From the NCBI RefSeq assembly GCF_963921235.1, contig NC_086108.1, positions 29,576,001 through 29,640,000 on the forward strand: a stretch of DNA of 64,000 nucleotides, in the 5' to 3' direction. This document shows, one piece after another, positions 10,313-22,800 of the stretch. The notes under the pieces were generated by a model, which was given only the letters and a program-made list of their open reading frames with translations, did not search any database and was not told the origin of the DNA. Position 1 is the first letter of the stretch; every line of letters begins with the position of its first letter. The position numbers and the translations under genes were made by a program. The stretch comes from Mobula hypostoma (taxonomy: Eukaryota).

Positions 10313-12125
10313 CATAGAAACATAGAAACATAGAAAATAAGTGCAGGAGTAGGCCATTCGGCTCTTCGAGCCTGCACCAGTATTCAGTATGATCATGGCT
10401 GATCATCCAACTCAGAACCCTGTACCAGCCTTCCCCCCATACCCCCTGATCCCTTTAGCCACAAGGGCCATATCTAACTCCCTCTTAAATATAGCCAATG
10501 AACTGGCCTCAACTGTTTCCTGTGGCAGAGAATTCCACAGATTTACCACTCTCTGTGTGAAGAAGTTTTTCCTAATCTCGGTCCTAAAAGGCTTCCCCTT
10601 TATCTTCAAACTGTGACCCCTCATTCTGGACTTCCCCAACATCGGGAACAATCTTCCTGCATCTAGCCTGTCCAATCCCTTTAGGATTTTATACATTTCA
10701 ATCAGATCCCCCCTCAATCTTCTAAATTCCAATGAGTATAAGCATAGTTCATCCAGTCTTTCATCATATGAAAGTCCTGCCATCCCAGGAATCAATCTGG
10801 TGAACCTTCTTTGTACTCCCTCTATGGCAAGGATGTCTTTCCTCAGATTAGGGGACCAAAACTGCACACAATGCTCCAGGTGTGGTCTCACCAAGGCCTT
10901 GTACAACTGCAGTAGTACCTCCCTGCTCCTGTACTCGAATCCTCTCGCTATAAATGCCAGCATACCATTCGCCTTTTTCACCGCCTGCTGTACCTGCATG
11001 CCCACTTTCAATGACTGGTGTATAATAACACCCAGGTCTCATTACACCTCCCCTTTTCCTAATCGGCCACCATTCAGATAATAATCTGTTTTCCTGTTTT
11101 TGCCACCAAAGTGGATAACTTCACATTTATCCACATTAAATTGCATCTGCCATGAATTTGCCCACTCACCTAACCTATCCAAGTCACCCTGCATCCTCTT
11201 AGCATCCTCCTCACAGCTAACACTGCCGCCCAGCCTCGTGTCATCCGCAAACTTGGAGATGCTGCATTTAATTCCCTCATCCAAGTCATTAATATATATT
11301 GTAAACAACTGGGGTCCCAGCACTGAACCTTGCAGTACCCCACTAGTCACTGCCTGCCATTCTGAAAAGGTCCCGGTTATTCCCACTCTTTGCTTCCTGT
11401 CTGCCAACCAATTCTCTATCCACATCAATACCTTACCCCCAATACCATGTGCTTTAAGTTTGCACACTAATCTCCTGTGTGGGACCTTGTCAAAAGCCTT
11501 TTGAAAATCCAAATATACCACATCCACTGGTTCTCCCCTATCCACTCTGCTAGTTACATCCTCAAAAAATTCTATGAGATTCGTCAGACATGATTTTCCT
11601 TTCACAAATCCATGCTGACTTTGTCCGATGATTTCACTGCTTTCCAAATGTGCTGTTATCACATCTTTGATAACAGACTCTAGCAGTTTCCCGACCACCG
11701 ATGTTAGGCTAACCGGTCTATAATTCCCCCGTTTCTCTCTCCCTCCTTTTTTAAAAAGTGGGGTTACATTAGCCACCCTCCAATCCTCAGGAACTAGTCC
11801 AGAATCTAAAGAGTTTTGAAAAATTATCACTAATGCATCCACTATTTCTTGGGCTACTTCGTTAAGCACTCTGGGATGCAGACCATCTGGCCCTGGGGAT
11901 TTATCTGCCTTTAATCCTGTCAATTTACCTAACACCACTTCCCTACTAACATGTATTTCCCTCAGTTCCTCCATCTCACTGGACCCTCTGTCCCCTATTA
12001 TTTCCGGAAGATTATTTATGTCCTCCTCAGTGAAGACAGAACCAAAGTAATTATTCAATTGGTCTGCATTGTCCTTGCTCCCCATAATCAATTCACCTGT
12101 TTCTGTCTGTAGGGGACCTACATTT
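10313..12125 (-). mobile_element. Young 5'-truncated CR1 LINE (ORF2 RT and C-terminus; one nonsense codon near 11042)
   Basis: ORFs 11042-12091 and 10412-11011 with [18 protein letters not shown] and KFADD motifs; (CATAGAAA)n tail; probable GGTCA TSD inside an older SINE. Confidence 0.95.
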
Positions 12126-12459
12126 GGTCAGGGCTGAATCGTCTCCGAAGCTGTGAAGTAGCAACTCCACCACCCACAGCACATGCCATCTATAAGGTGC
12201 ATGTACTGGTTTTCTTTACAAGTACCTCCAGAACACATGGAGAGATCAAAAGGATAAGAGCTGAGGCAATGTGGGTACATTGCCACTTGTCTACAATTCT
12301 CCTATCATCCTACCACAGAATTATATGTCACTGTTCCTTCATTGTCTCTGGATTATAATTATGGTAATTCCTTATGGCCACATAGTTGTACTTTAGTCAG
12401 TGTGGCTGTGTTCTACAGTACCTAGGTTCAATTCTGACTCTGGTACTGTCCATGTAGAG

Positions 12460-12533
12460 CAGGAGTTTCCAATCGTTTGAATGCCATAGACCATTAAGCA
12501 ACGGGTCCGTGGATCTCAGGTTGGGAACCCCAG
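12460..12533. mobile_element. 74-bp hAT-type MITE inside a SINE
   Basis: CAGGAGTTTCCAA...TTGGGAACCCCAG termini; TGTAGAG/TGCAGAG flanks resemble a decayed TSD. Confidence 0.6.
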
Positions 12534-13722
12534 TGCAGAGTGTGCACACTTTTCCTGTGACACTGTGCCCTTGACTACTTGAGTTTCCTCTCATTTCCTA
12601 AGGATGTTCTCACCTGTTAATTGGTGCTGGACATTACTTCAGGGCACAGGTAAGTGTCAAAAGAGATTGAACTGGGTATGAGATAAAAATAGGTTACAAG
12701 ACCAAGGGAAAATGAGGAGTGGGGGATGGGGGGCGGTAGAGATCAATGGGAGTGCTCTCTCAGCAGCTGGTATTGACTTGATGGGCTGAATGGCTTCCTT
12801 CAATGTTTTGGTAAGAGAGTCATTTTTCCAGAAGCACCTTCTCCAGCAGGACTGCAGCAGTTTAGAAGATGGTTCAATAGCACTTACTGAAGGACAGGTT
12901 GGTGATGTGAAATGAGTACTAGCTTTGTCTGAGAATGAGATTAGAAGCACTTGGGTAAAATTGTTCTGTATTTTGTGTGCAATCTCTTTGAAAGTGCTCA
13001 TCAACTCGGTCTTTTTTCTGCATCATATTCTAAAGCCCGGTGTCAAACATGAAAATTCTTTTATTTATAGGATGAGGAATTAATTCAAAGGACTACCAAT
13101 ATTTCTCTTCCATCCAATTCCTCTGGCACCACAATTCTAAATCACAGCACTCTTTAGCCAGAGAGTGGTGAATCTGTGGAATTTGTTGCCACAGGCATCC
13201 GTGGATGCCAAGTCATTGGATATATGTAAGGCAGAGGTTGATACGTCTTGATTAGTCAGGGCCTGAAGGGATATGGGGGCTGGGGCCGAGAGAAAAAATG
13301 GATCAGCATGATGAAATGGTGGAGCAGACTTGATGAGCCAAATGGCTTAATTCTGCTCCTATGTCTTATGGTCTTATTTCACACAGGGAAGATTTAAAAC
13401 ATGATGCCTGAAATATTGTAAAAAATAGGTTGCTTACTGTATACTATTAGTCAATCTGATACTTAAAATCATTTTTCTGAACACCACCTATGTGACTGTA
13501 GTACCTGTGATGCTGCTGCAAGTAAAGTTTTTACTTTACCTTTATGTCACTGTACTTGTGCACATGACAATAAATGTGACTTGACTAGACTTGAATGTTG
13601 TTCTTAGCCCTGACAGGAAATTCACTTTCTATTCCCATTCAAAATTAAAACCATTGTGTTCACTAACTTATTGACCGCAAGCTCAACTTTGATTAACCTG
13701 CCATGATTTTGTCTTACCTTAG

Positions 13723-13833
13723 GGCCGCCACAGATCACAACATTGACAACACAACAGCTGTGCTGCGGGAGTGGTTAAAAAATGTACAACAATTTTACCA
13801 CTACGTGGAGTGGAGACCTCTGGATCAACCCAC
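13723..13833 (+). CDS. colgalt2: colgalt2 coding exon (likely exon 2), 111 nt, phase 2-2
   Basis: ttaccttAG|g gcc gcc aca gat cac aac ... caa ccc ac|GTgagt; encodes [36 protein letters not shown]. Confidence 0.93.
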
Positions 13834-16800
13834 GTGAGTATTCTCAATTGCTCGAAGCAAACGGGCCCTCATTCAAAGACAAATTTTAGCTTGTTTCCAG
13901 ACATTGACTAAGTGATCTCTTTCAACTAGGGAAATATTCTTTGGTTATATGAAATTAAAATAAAAATAATGAGAGATTCTTTCTTCAAAAGAGAACCTAT
14001 TTCATCGAGAATTTGCATGTTGCCATGCAAGGTCTTTGCAAGAGCAGTGACATATTTTCTTTGCTGCTTCTTTCCTTTGAGTAGTTAACAAGTAGCACAC
14101 CCTCTCTTACAATCAGAGCAGGGTGATCTTGTGAGAGTCATAAGAGCGATGAGGGAAGAGCAAGGCAAATATTTTCATTCAGCTTTGCTGTGGGCTCCTT
14201 GAGGGGTAGGGCGAGCATATTGTCTGCCAAGGTCAGGTGACCCCTATGCTAAGGCTGTTTGGGTAACAGGAATTTACCCTGAAGGAATTAACACATTGCT
14301 ACCAGAAAGTCTGGGGCTATATCCACACTATGCCGGATAATTTGAAAACGAAGCTTTTTCTCTTCGTTTTGACCTTCCGTCCACACTGAAATGGCATTTT
14401 CAGCGCGCGAAAACGGAGATTTTCAGAAATGGTCTCCAGAGTGAATAAATCTGAAAACACCTAATATCCATTGCAGTGTGTACGGGGTATCCGGAGCTTT
14501 TTATAACCGCTGTCATGACGTGCCGGAACAGATGGTGACAGCGCAGCATTTCTTTGTTTTTTTCTTATTTTTCTTCTTCTTATTATTATTATTACTACTT
14601 TATTGTCACCAAACAATTGATACTAGAGCGTACAATCATCACAGCGATATTTGATTCTGCGTTTCGCAGAACCTAACAATTTCAGAACAGGTGGCAACAA
14701 GACTGAAGCCAGAAGGGTTGGAAATGTACTCACCAAATACGTTGACCCATAGCTTACTGAATAAATAAGTATACTCACTTTGCCCTGTTTTCTGTCCTTG
14801 CTTGTATGAAGGTGGTTTACCTATTTATGCAAGTACTTCTCTGACAATAGATGTGTAACAGCCTAATGTAACATTGTATGGAAATACAAGATAACACTGA
14901 TGCAGACATGTTTTATACATTTAACAAAGTGCTTTATTAATGCAACAGAGTTAGTCAGTTTTTCAATGTTTGTCGTCAGCCGGGTCATACTGTCCGTGAA
15001 CTCGCTGTCGGTTGCCTCCATACGCTCCAGTATTTGTTTTTTTTCAGTTTTATGTCCTCCTGCGCGAGAGCCAAAAGCAAGTCCTTTTAAGTTTTTCTAC
15101 TCTGTAACTGGACAAACGTGCACCAAGTATATCGTTTCCTCTTCACTTGTTTTCTGTGTGTCCTGCACGTGCCCAGTAGGAGGAGATTCGCCCAAATATC
15201 TGTCTAACGTGGACAGAGATATTTTGATAAACACTTAGTGTGGACGCCTATCTTTTTTACTTGAAACCGGCGTTCTCAAAATTATCCGGCGTAGTGTGGA
15301 CGTAGCCTGGGACATAGAATAAAAACGTGTCTCTTTGTCACTTTTTATGCGACAAAGGAAAATAAATAAACACAGTTTTTTACAACTTCCATTTCTTGAC
15401 ACATGCACAGATGACATGGCTTTGAGTTTTGGAAAATCATGATCCAGACTGCCTCCAAACAGTGCAACTCTCTGTCTCTGGCTGTAACATGGGGTGTGGG
15501 AGGGTGATCACCTGTACTGATCTATTCTTGGGGATTAAACTGTCCAGCCAGTTAGCAGCTAATTCCCGGCCACATAATCCTCATCCTCTGTGCTGAGATC
15601 AGGACATGAAAGGACTGGGAAAGATTGAGATAAGTGTGGGAGATAACGTAATGTAAAGCTTCTTTAATTCTCTGTACATTAATCTATAGGCATTACACCA
15701 TTCCAAATATTAGCATTCTATTCATCTTTTTATCCTCTCTATAATAAGACATCTCTTGAATCAATAGGGTTTATAGTGAAGTGTCACCACAAACACAGTT
15801 CCTCTATATACTTGGTTCTGCCTCACCTTTCCTTGTGTAGAAGACTGTGGTACTGCAGCAACCGTTGCAAAGCATCAGGGAAGTATGAGGTTAAAAAGAA
15901 TAGCAAATATATCTAAGATGTTGGATTTATTTTTAAGTATTGTTCCCTGCCTCCATCCCCTCAGGGACAAAACAAAGGGTTGACACATGAAAGTTCAATC
16001 AACTTTGATTAAAGATCCATTTTATTCAATAGGTAATCCACCGAGAAGCTATTATATATTGTGGACTTATTAGTGAAGGAGTTACAGTTACTCTTGATGT
16101 AGAATGTTAACTGTAATGTGGAAAGTGTAAAGAAGAATTAAAGACTGTGTCATGCGGGAGATAGTGCTCCATGGGTCATATCAAGCCTGAGAGACAATAG
16201 GAATCATGGTTTTTTAGGAACTTATGAGTTTGTGCTGAGGAATTTTGACATTCCAAGTGAAATGGAATACCCAAGAGAGGTCTGAGTGACTTATTTTTAC
16301 AGTCTAATTCAAAATTATTTTTGCATGTTCAAAGACCTCTATAGATTCAATGTGCAATGCAAAATGGGTGTCTGTATGTTAATACCTGGTCCAATAATCC
16401 CATTCTAAATTATATACAAAGATAATTTGTTTCCAAGCGAATGCAGCACATTAATAAAATTCATAGAGTAAGTACCTGGCATGTTACAAACTCAATTTTT
16501 TCACCAGAAATGACAGAGATTACAGCAATAATCCAGTACATTGTGCTTTGTTGCAATATCCCCATTTGTGTATGTTTGCAAGTTTTCCTTCAGTGTACAT
16601 TCCCATCTCAACGATGGTGTCCGAGCGGTTGAGGGAAAACTACTAACAATTGAAGGGATCATATGATGGAGAAGCATCAAGCAGCCTTGTAGTGGTTTCC
16701 GAAGATAGACCTCCCTGCTTCCTACCCAGCAGAATGGCACAACTAAATCTGATGTGGGAAATGAATGAGGAAAATGTTGGATTGATTGATTGATCGATTT

Positions 16801-19800
16801 ATCAATTTAATTATTTATTTATTCATTTACTTATTGATTGATTGTCTGAGATACAGCATGGAATAGGCCCTTCTGCCCTTCGAGCTGAGCAGCCCAGCAG
16901 TCCCCTGTTTTAACACTAGCGTAATCACGGGACAATTTACAATGACCAATTAACCCATGAACTGGTAGGTCTTTGGACTGTGGGAGAAAACCAGAGCACC
17001 CACAGGAAATCAATGTAATCTGTGGAGGGAGAGCATACTTACAGGCAGTGGCGGGAATTGAACCTGGGTTGCTGGTCCTGTAAGGTGTTGTGCTAACCAC
17101 AGTACTACTGTGCCACCCTTGATCCAACAGCAGGAAAGGTTAGATCAGCTCCACTCTCTACTGAATTCTAACTGGTTAAATTTATGTTTTTTTTCCTGAT
17201 ATGACTAGGCCATTCAGTCTGTTATCTTTTCCACTTCTTTGTTGATCTTGCGATAAGGGATTGCAGCTTTTTGCAGCATCCAGAAAATGCACTGCAGAGT
17301 CTTCTGATGTGAAAATAACCTGTATAATGAAGAAGCCGAATCCCTGTGAATAAAGATGGGTTTTAAAGTGGGATACAAGCAGACCATATCGCAATATCAA
17401 ATTATGTAAAACGTTGGTAATGACAAAGAATATCTGCATAATTAAAATTAGATTCTAGAATAAACTGCCTCAATTTTAACTTTAATTTGGAGCTAATCAG
17501 AGTTAACCATGATTCAATTGGTTAGTCATCTTCTATTGTTGCAACCTGAATAGTCATAGTAGTCATACTTTATTGATCCCGGGGGAAATTGGTTTTCATT
17601 ACAGTTGCGCCATAAATAATAAATAGTAATAGAATAATAAATAGTTAAATAGTAATATGTAAATTATGCCAGTAATTTATGAAATAAGTCCAGGACCAGC
17701 CTATTGGCACAGGAAGTCTAACCCTCCAAGGGAGGAGTTGAAAAGTTTGATGGCCACAGGCAGGAATGACTTCCTATGATGCTCAGTGCTGCATCTCGGT
17801 GGAATGAGTCTCTGGTTGAATGTACTCCTGTGCCCACCCAGTACATTATGTAGTGGATGGGAGACATTGTCCAAGATGGCATGCAACTTAGACAGCATCC
17901 TCTTTTCAGACACCACCGTCAGAGAGTCCAGTTCCATCCCCACAACATCACTGGCCTTACGAATGAGTTTGTTGATTCTGTTGGTGTCTGCCACCCTCAG
18001 CCTGCTGCCCCAGCACACAACAGCAAACATGATAGCACTGGCCACCACAGACTCGTAGAATATCCTCAGCATCATCCAGCAGATGTTAAAGGACCTCAGT
18101 CTCCTCAGGAAATAGAGACGGCTCTGACCCTTCTTGTAGACAGCCTCAGTATTCTTTGACCAGTCCAGTTTATTGTCAATTCGTATCCCCAGGTATTTAT
18201 AATCCTCCACCATGTCCACACTGACCCCCTGGATGGAAACAGGGGTCACCGGTACCTTAGCTCTCCTCAGGTCTACCACCAGCTCCTTAGTCTTTTTCAC
18301 ATTAAGCTGCAGATAATTCTGCCACACCACGTGACAAAGTTTCCTACCGTAGCCCTGTACTCAGCCTCATCTCCCTTGCTGGGTTTACAGGAAAATCCAC
18401 ACCACTCACTCCCCTCTTCACATCAGCCGCACAGCAGTGGAAACTGCAAGCAGTTTCCTACACTGTCCAGAAAGCTTCGCAACACCTCTACTTTCTGAGG
18501 AGACTGAAGACAGCTGGACTATGCACACCCATTCTCAAGACGTTTTACTGTATTTTCATCTGCTCTGCTGCTACCAGGAAAAGTTCCTCTCGCTAAGAGT
18601 CACTGTCACTTTATCATTTTCTATCAGTCACTATGTACAGATACTCCGGCACCAGGTGTCACTTCAGATCCATGCAATCAGTCTATGAATATAAGCTAAT
18701 CCTTATGTATGCAGCCTCACTCCACAGTTACTTGTACATTATGTTTTATAGGATGCTTTTATATTGATATTGATCATGTGTGGTTATGCTTATTATGTTT
18801 TTTATGCTGCATCAGATCTAGAGTAACAATCATTTCATTCTCCTTTACACCATTGTACTGAAAAATGGCAATAAACAATATTGAAATTTTTACAAAAGCT
18901 AAATATTGTTGAAACTGAAAATGCAGAAACTACTAAATGATGAATGTACTCAGCCGGTCAGACAGTACCAGTGGAGGGAGAAACATCTCAGTGGAAGTTA
19001 GAATCACAACAAACTTTAGGTTGTAGAGACCTCTTTTGGTTTGCATCTACCTTAAAACTTGTCAACCCAGAAGTTCATCGGTGTTTGGAAGCAATGGATA
19101 GTGGGCCAATGAATATCTGTTTACCAGTGACCCAGCTGCAAAATTTTAGGAATAAAAGAGAAAAGAGAAACTCTAAAGAGAAAAAGCTTCTGTTATTTTT
19201 ATGGGATCTGAAGAGCATGCGTGCTGTCCTGGAACTCTCAACCATTTTGTGGGATGCGGCTGTCTTGAACTACCTGTCCGGAACAGTGGCATGGTTAGCA
19301 GGGTCACCACTTTGCAGTGTCAGAGATCCAGGTTCAAACCTGACCTCAGTAAGAACCGTGTGGGACTTGTGTGGGATTCCTCCAGGAGTTCTGGGTTCCA
19401 CCCACATCCCAAAGCTGTGTGGGTTTGTGGCTTAATCTTCCATTGAAAATAGTGAAGGAAGAGTTGAAAATTATTTTTGTAATCGGGTGGTTTATAGTTG
19501 GTGCGGGCTCAATATGGCTCCCAGGGTCAGGAGAGAGTGGGAGGAGATCATTGGCTCAAGGATCAGGTTGGGAGGTCGTTGGGTGGGGAGGGTCATTGCT
19601 GTCAACTGCTGGAGGTGCATTATGACCAGGTGGAAGGACCCTGAGAGGTGGAGTTCTCGTGATGGGTGGCTGGGAGGCCCAAATAGAGATCTACCAGCGT
19701 GGATGAGCCTTTCTGTTAAAATGGAACTACTTAAAGCGGGTTACTTGTGGCTGAATTCACGAACTGCAAAATAGATCATGCACTGTGGGACACGCTGGTC

Positions 19801-22800
19801 AGCATCATTTGAGTGTCGTGCATGTTTTAATGGAAGTAGTAGAAATGCTGTCCAATCAAGCGTTTCACACCACTGGTCCCTACAGTGTATATTTAAGCAG
19901 AGTCAAATATTTTGAGGGTTGTATAGAAAATTGTGGCTTCATGGAACATACATTAAGCCAATGATCACAATGCTACGTCCATCATCAGGGACCCCCACCA
20001 CTCAGGCCATCAGGAAGAAGGTATAGGATCCTCAGGACTCACACCACCAGGTTCAGGAACAGTTATTACCACTCGACCATCAGACTCCTGAACAAATGGG
20101 GAGAACTTCACTCACCTTCATTTGTCCCATCATTGAAATGTTCCCACAAACTATGGACTCACTTTCAAGAACTCTCAACTCATGTTCTTGATCTTTATTG
20201 TTTATTTATTATTTATTATTATTTCCTTTTTTTGTATTTTTGTGGTTTGTTGCCTTTTGCGCAATGGTTGAACCCCCAATTTGGTGTGATGTTTCAATCA
20301 ATGATTCTATTATGGGTTTATTGAACATGTTTGCAAGAAAATGAATCTCAGGGTTGTATATGGTGGCATATTCTTTTTGAACTTTCAATGTTAGGCTGGT
20401 GCAGCAGTTAGTGTTGCTGCCTCATGGCTCCAGGTTCAGTACTAACCTCGGGTGCCTTTTTGTGGCCTGTTGGGTTAACTGTCTGCTGTAGGTTGTCCCC
20501 ACTTTGTAGATGAATGATAGAATTGGAATGGGAGACACACAAGAGAGAATAGGTTATGAGCAAATGGTGAGAAAATGGAACAAGTGGGGAAAAGGAAAAG
20601 AAAAACTTGTGGTGTCACAGTGACACAGCTGGCGCAGTTACTGCTTTAGAGGCCCAACAACCTGGGTTCGATCCTGACCTCAGGTGTTGTGTGGACTTTG
20701 CAGATTCTCCTGTGACCACATAGCATACAGGGCTAGTAAGTTAATTGGCCACTGCAAGTTGTCACTAGTGTGTAGGTGAGAGGTAGAATTTGTGGAGAAT
20801 GTGAGGTTAGTGTTTAGTAAATGAATGCATGATAGTCTGGGTGAACAACAGGATGAAGAGCCTATTTCTGTGCTGTATGACTCTGTGACTGAAACTTTGT
20901 AAGGGACCAAAGAACTTGAAGCTGTGATATCCCTAAGGTTACTTCATCTTATTTGTCCTGCTGTGACTTTTTAACATTTTTACATGTTATTCTGTAGTTG
21001 TTTTGATGCCCTCGGACAGCACATGTTGAATATCCAGTGACCTTCTGAGTATCACTGAGTAATTGCAGTTTGTGGTGATCCAAATTTCTCAATTAGAGTT
21101 CCTTACACATTGGTGTGGTTCAGGAGCCAATTGTCTCAACTTTTCTCAGTGGGGAAAGAAAATGACATGTTAGCAAAAAGGAGATTCATGATGTGCATAC
21201 CCAATTTTTGTCATTAAGGTGCGCCTCCCAAGGTTGAATCTCTCCTCATTCCTGTCCCCACTGAGGTGTCAGTCTGTGATCTGGTATTTGTTTGTTCCCA
21301 CCTCTGATCCAGCAGCTTTGTGTTCATCTCCAGGTACTACGCTGATGAAATAAGCCCCAAACACTGGACCGGTTCCAGGTTCTCACATGTAATGAAACTC
21401 AGGCAAATGGCCCTGAAAACTGCAAGGGAGAAGTGGGCTGACTACATCCTGGTAAGTGGAAGGTCATTCAGGCCACAGTCTCCTTCGAACCAAGCAGGCG
21501 ATCACTTATCAGTTATCATTTGGATTGAAACAAATGCTATTATTGCTTACTACTTCTATTTTTGGTGGGTGATCTACTAAAATACTCCATTGGTGGTTGT
21601 ACCAAGAGTCTAGGAATTGGGCAGGGTGAAGCAGGAAGGCCACATGATGATACTTCTAGGGATATGTCCAATATCATTAGTAATCTTATGTACAGTTATG
21701 TTTGCCTGATATGTGAGGTTTGTGACTGGCTGAATGTGTAAATTCTCTGACACCACATTAATCTTCCAAGGTACCAAGAAACAGAAAATCAGTACTTAAA
21801 AAGATGTAGATTCAGAGACTGCAGGTGCTGAAATCTGGAGCAACAAATTATCTGTTGGAAGAACTCTGTGGGTCATGCAGTATCTGTGGGAGCACGATGC
21901 AGTATTTCAAGCCAAACCGTTGACAATTCCTTTCCTCTCACAGATGTCGCTCAACCTGTTGAATTCCTCCATTAGATTGTTTGCGGCTTAGTTAGATGTG
22001 ATCACTGATTGAAATTATTACCTTATATACATTTGAAATACCATTGGAGCAAAGCAATTAGGACTACAGTATGTATTGCAGACACTGCCCAAGACTATAG
22101 AGCTTACTGAAATATTTTTTTCCCAATTCTTGTTGCGTGGAGATGTGAGTTCAGGCGAAATGTAAACAAAGTTTAGGATTATTTGGATGTAATACATGAG
22201 GGGATATCTAAAATTAAGAGGCACAAAGCAGCCTTCTTTTAATAGTAACTGAATTAATCTTTTGTCTCAACCTCTTTATCTTCCAGTTTGTGGATACAGA
22301 CAACTTTCTGACAAATGAGCAGACACTAAATATGATGATTGCTGAAAATTTGACTGTGGTTGCTCCCATGCTGGACTCGAGCACATTATACTCCAATTTC
22401 TGGTGTGGTATGACACCGCAAGTAAGTTGTTTTAAATGGGCCGTCTTCACCTCTATTATTAAGTAAAGAAACTGATGATTTTTTTTCCATCCACTAAAAT
22501 CACATTACTGATTTCTTGTTTTCAATTTGCTCAGAAACTGCAGAAGGATTTGAAATCAAGTCATTATTCTAGTATTTTGCTTTGGTAATTATCTTAAGAA
22601 TACGTTTTGTTTTTAAGCAAATCCATCTGAGTGATTACAATATTAGCTACAGCTCCATATCAAAACATAAGAAGAAGTAGCAGACAACCATTTGGCTCCC
22701 TTGCTGGCTCTGCTACTCAATAAGATCACTTTGACCTCAGTCTGCCAAAATGTTTGGTTATGGCCCAGGTGCAGAGAGAGAGAGAGACACTGAAGTGGGT

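Noticed and set aside
1..13722. colgalt2 first exon or promoter
   Set aside because: I found no signal-peptide exon or non-TE CpG island; the region looks like intron.
16845..17118. tRNA gene suggested by A and B boxes
   Set aside because: The boxes are the head of a multi-copy SINE and run into the V-domain and tail; there is no full cloverleaf.
18944..19774. Overlapping ORFs of 81-163 aa
   Set aside because: They cross Penelope-like and SINE remnants, with no domain or splice support.
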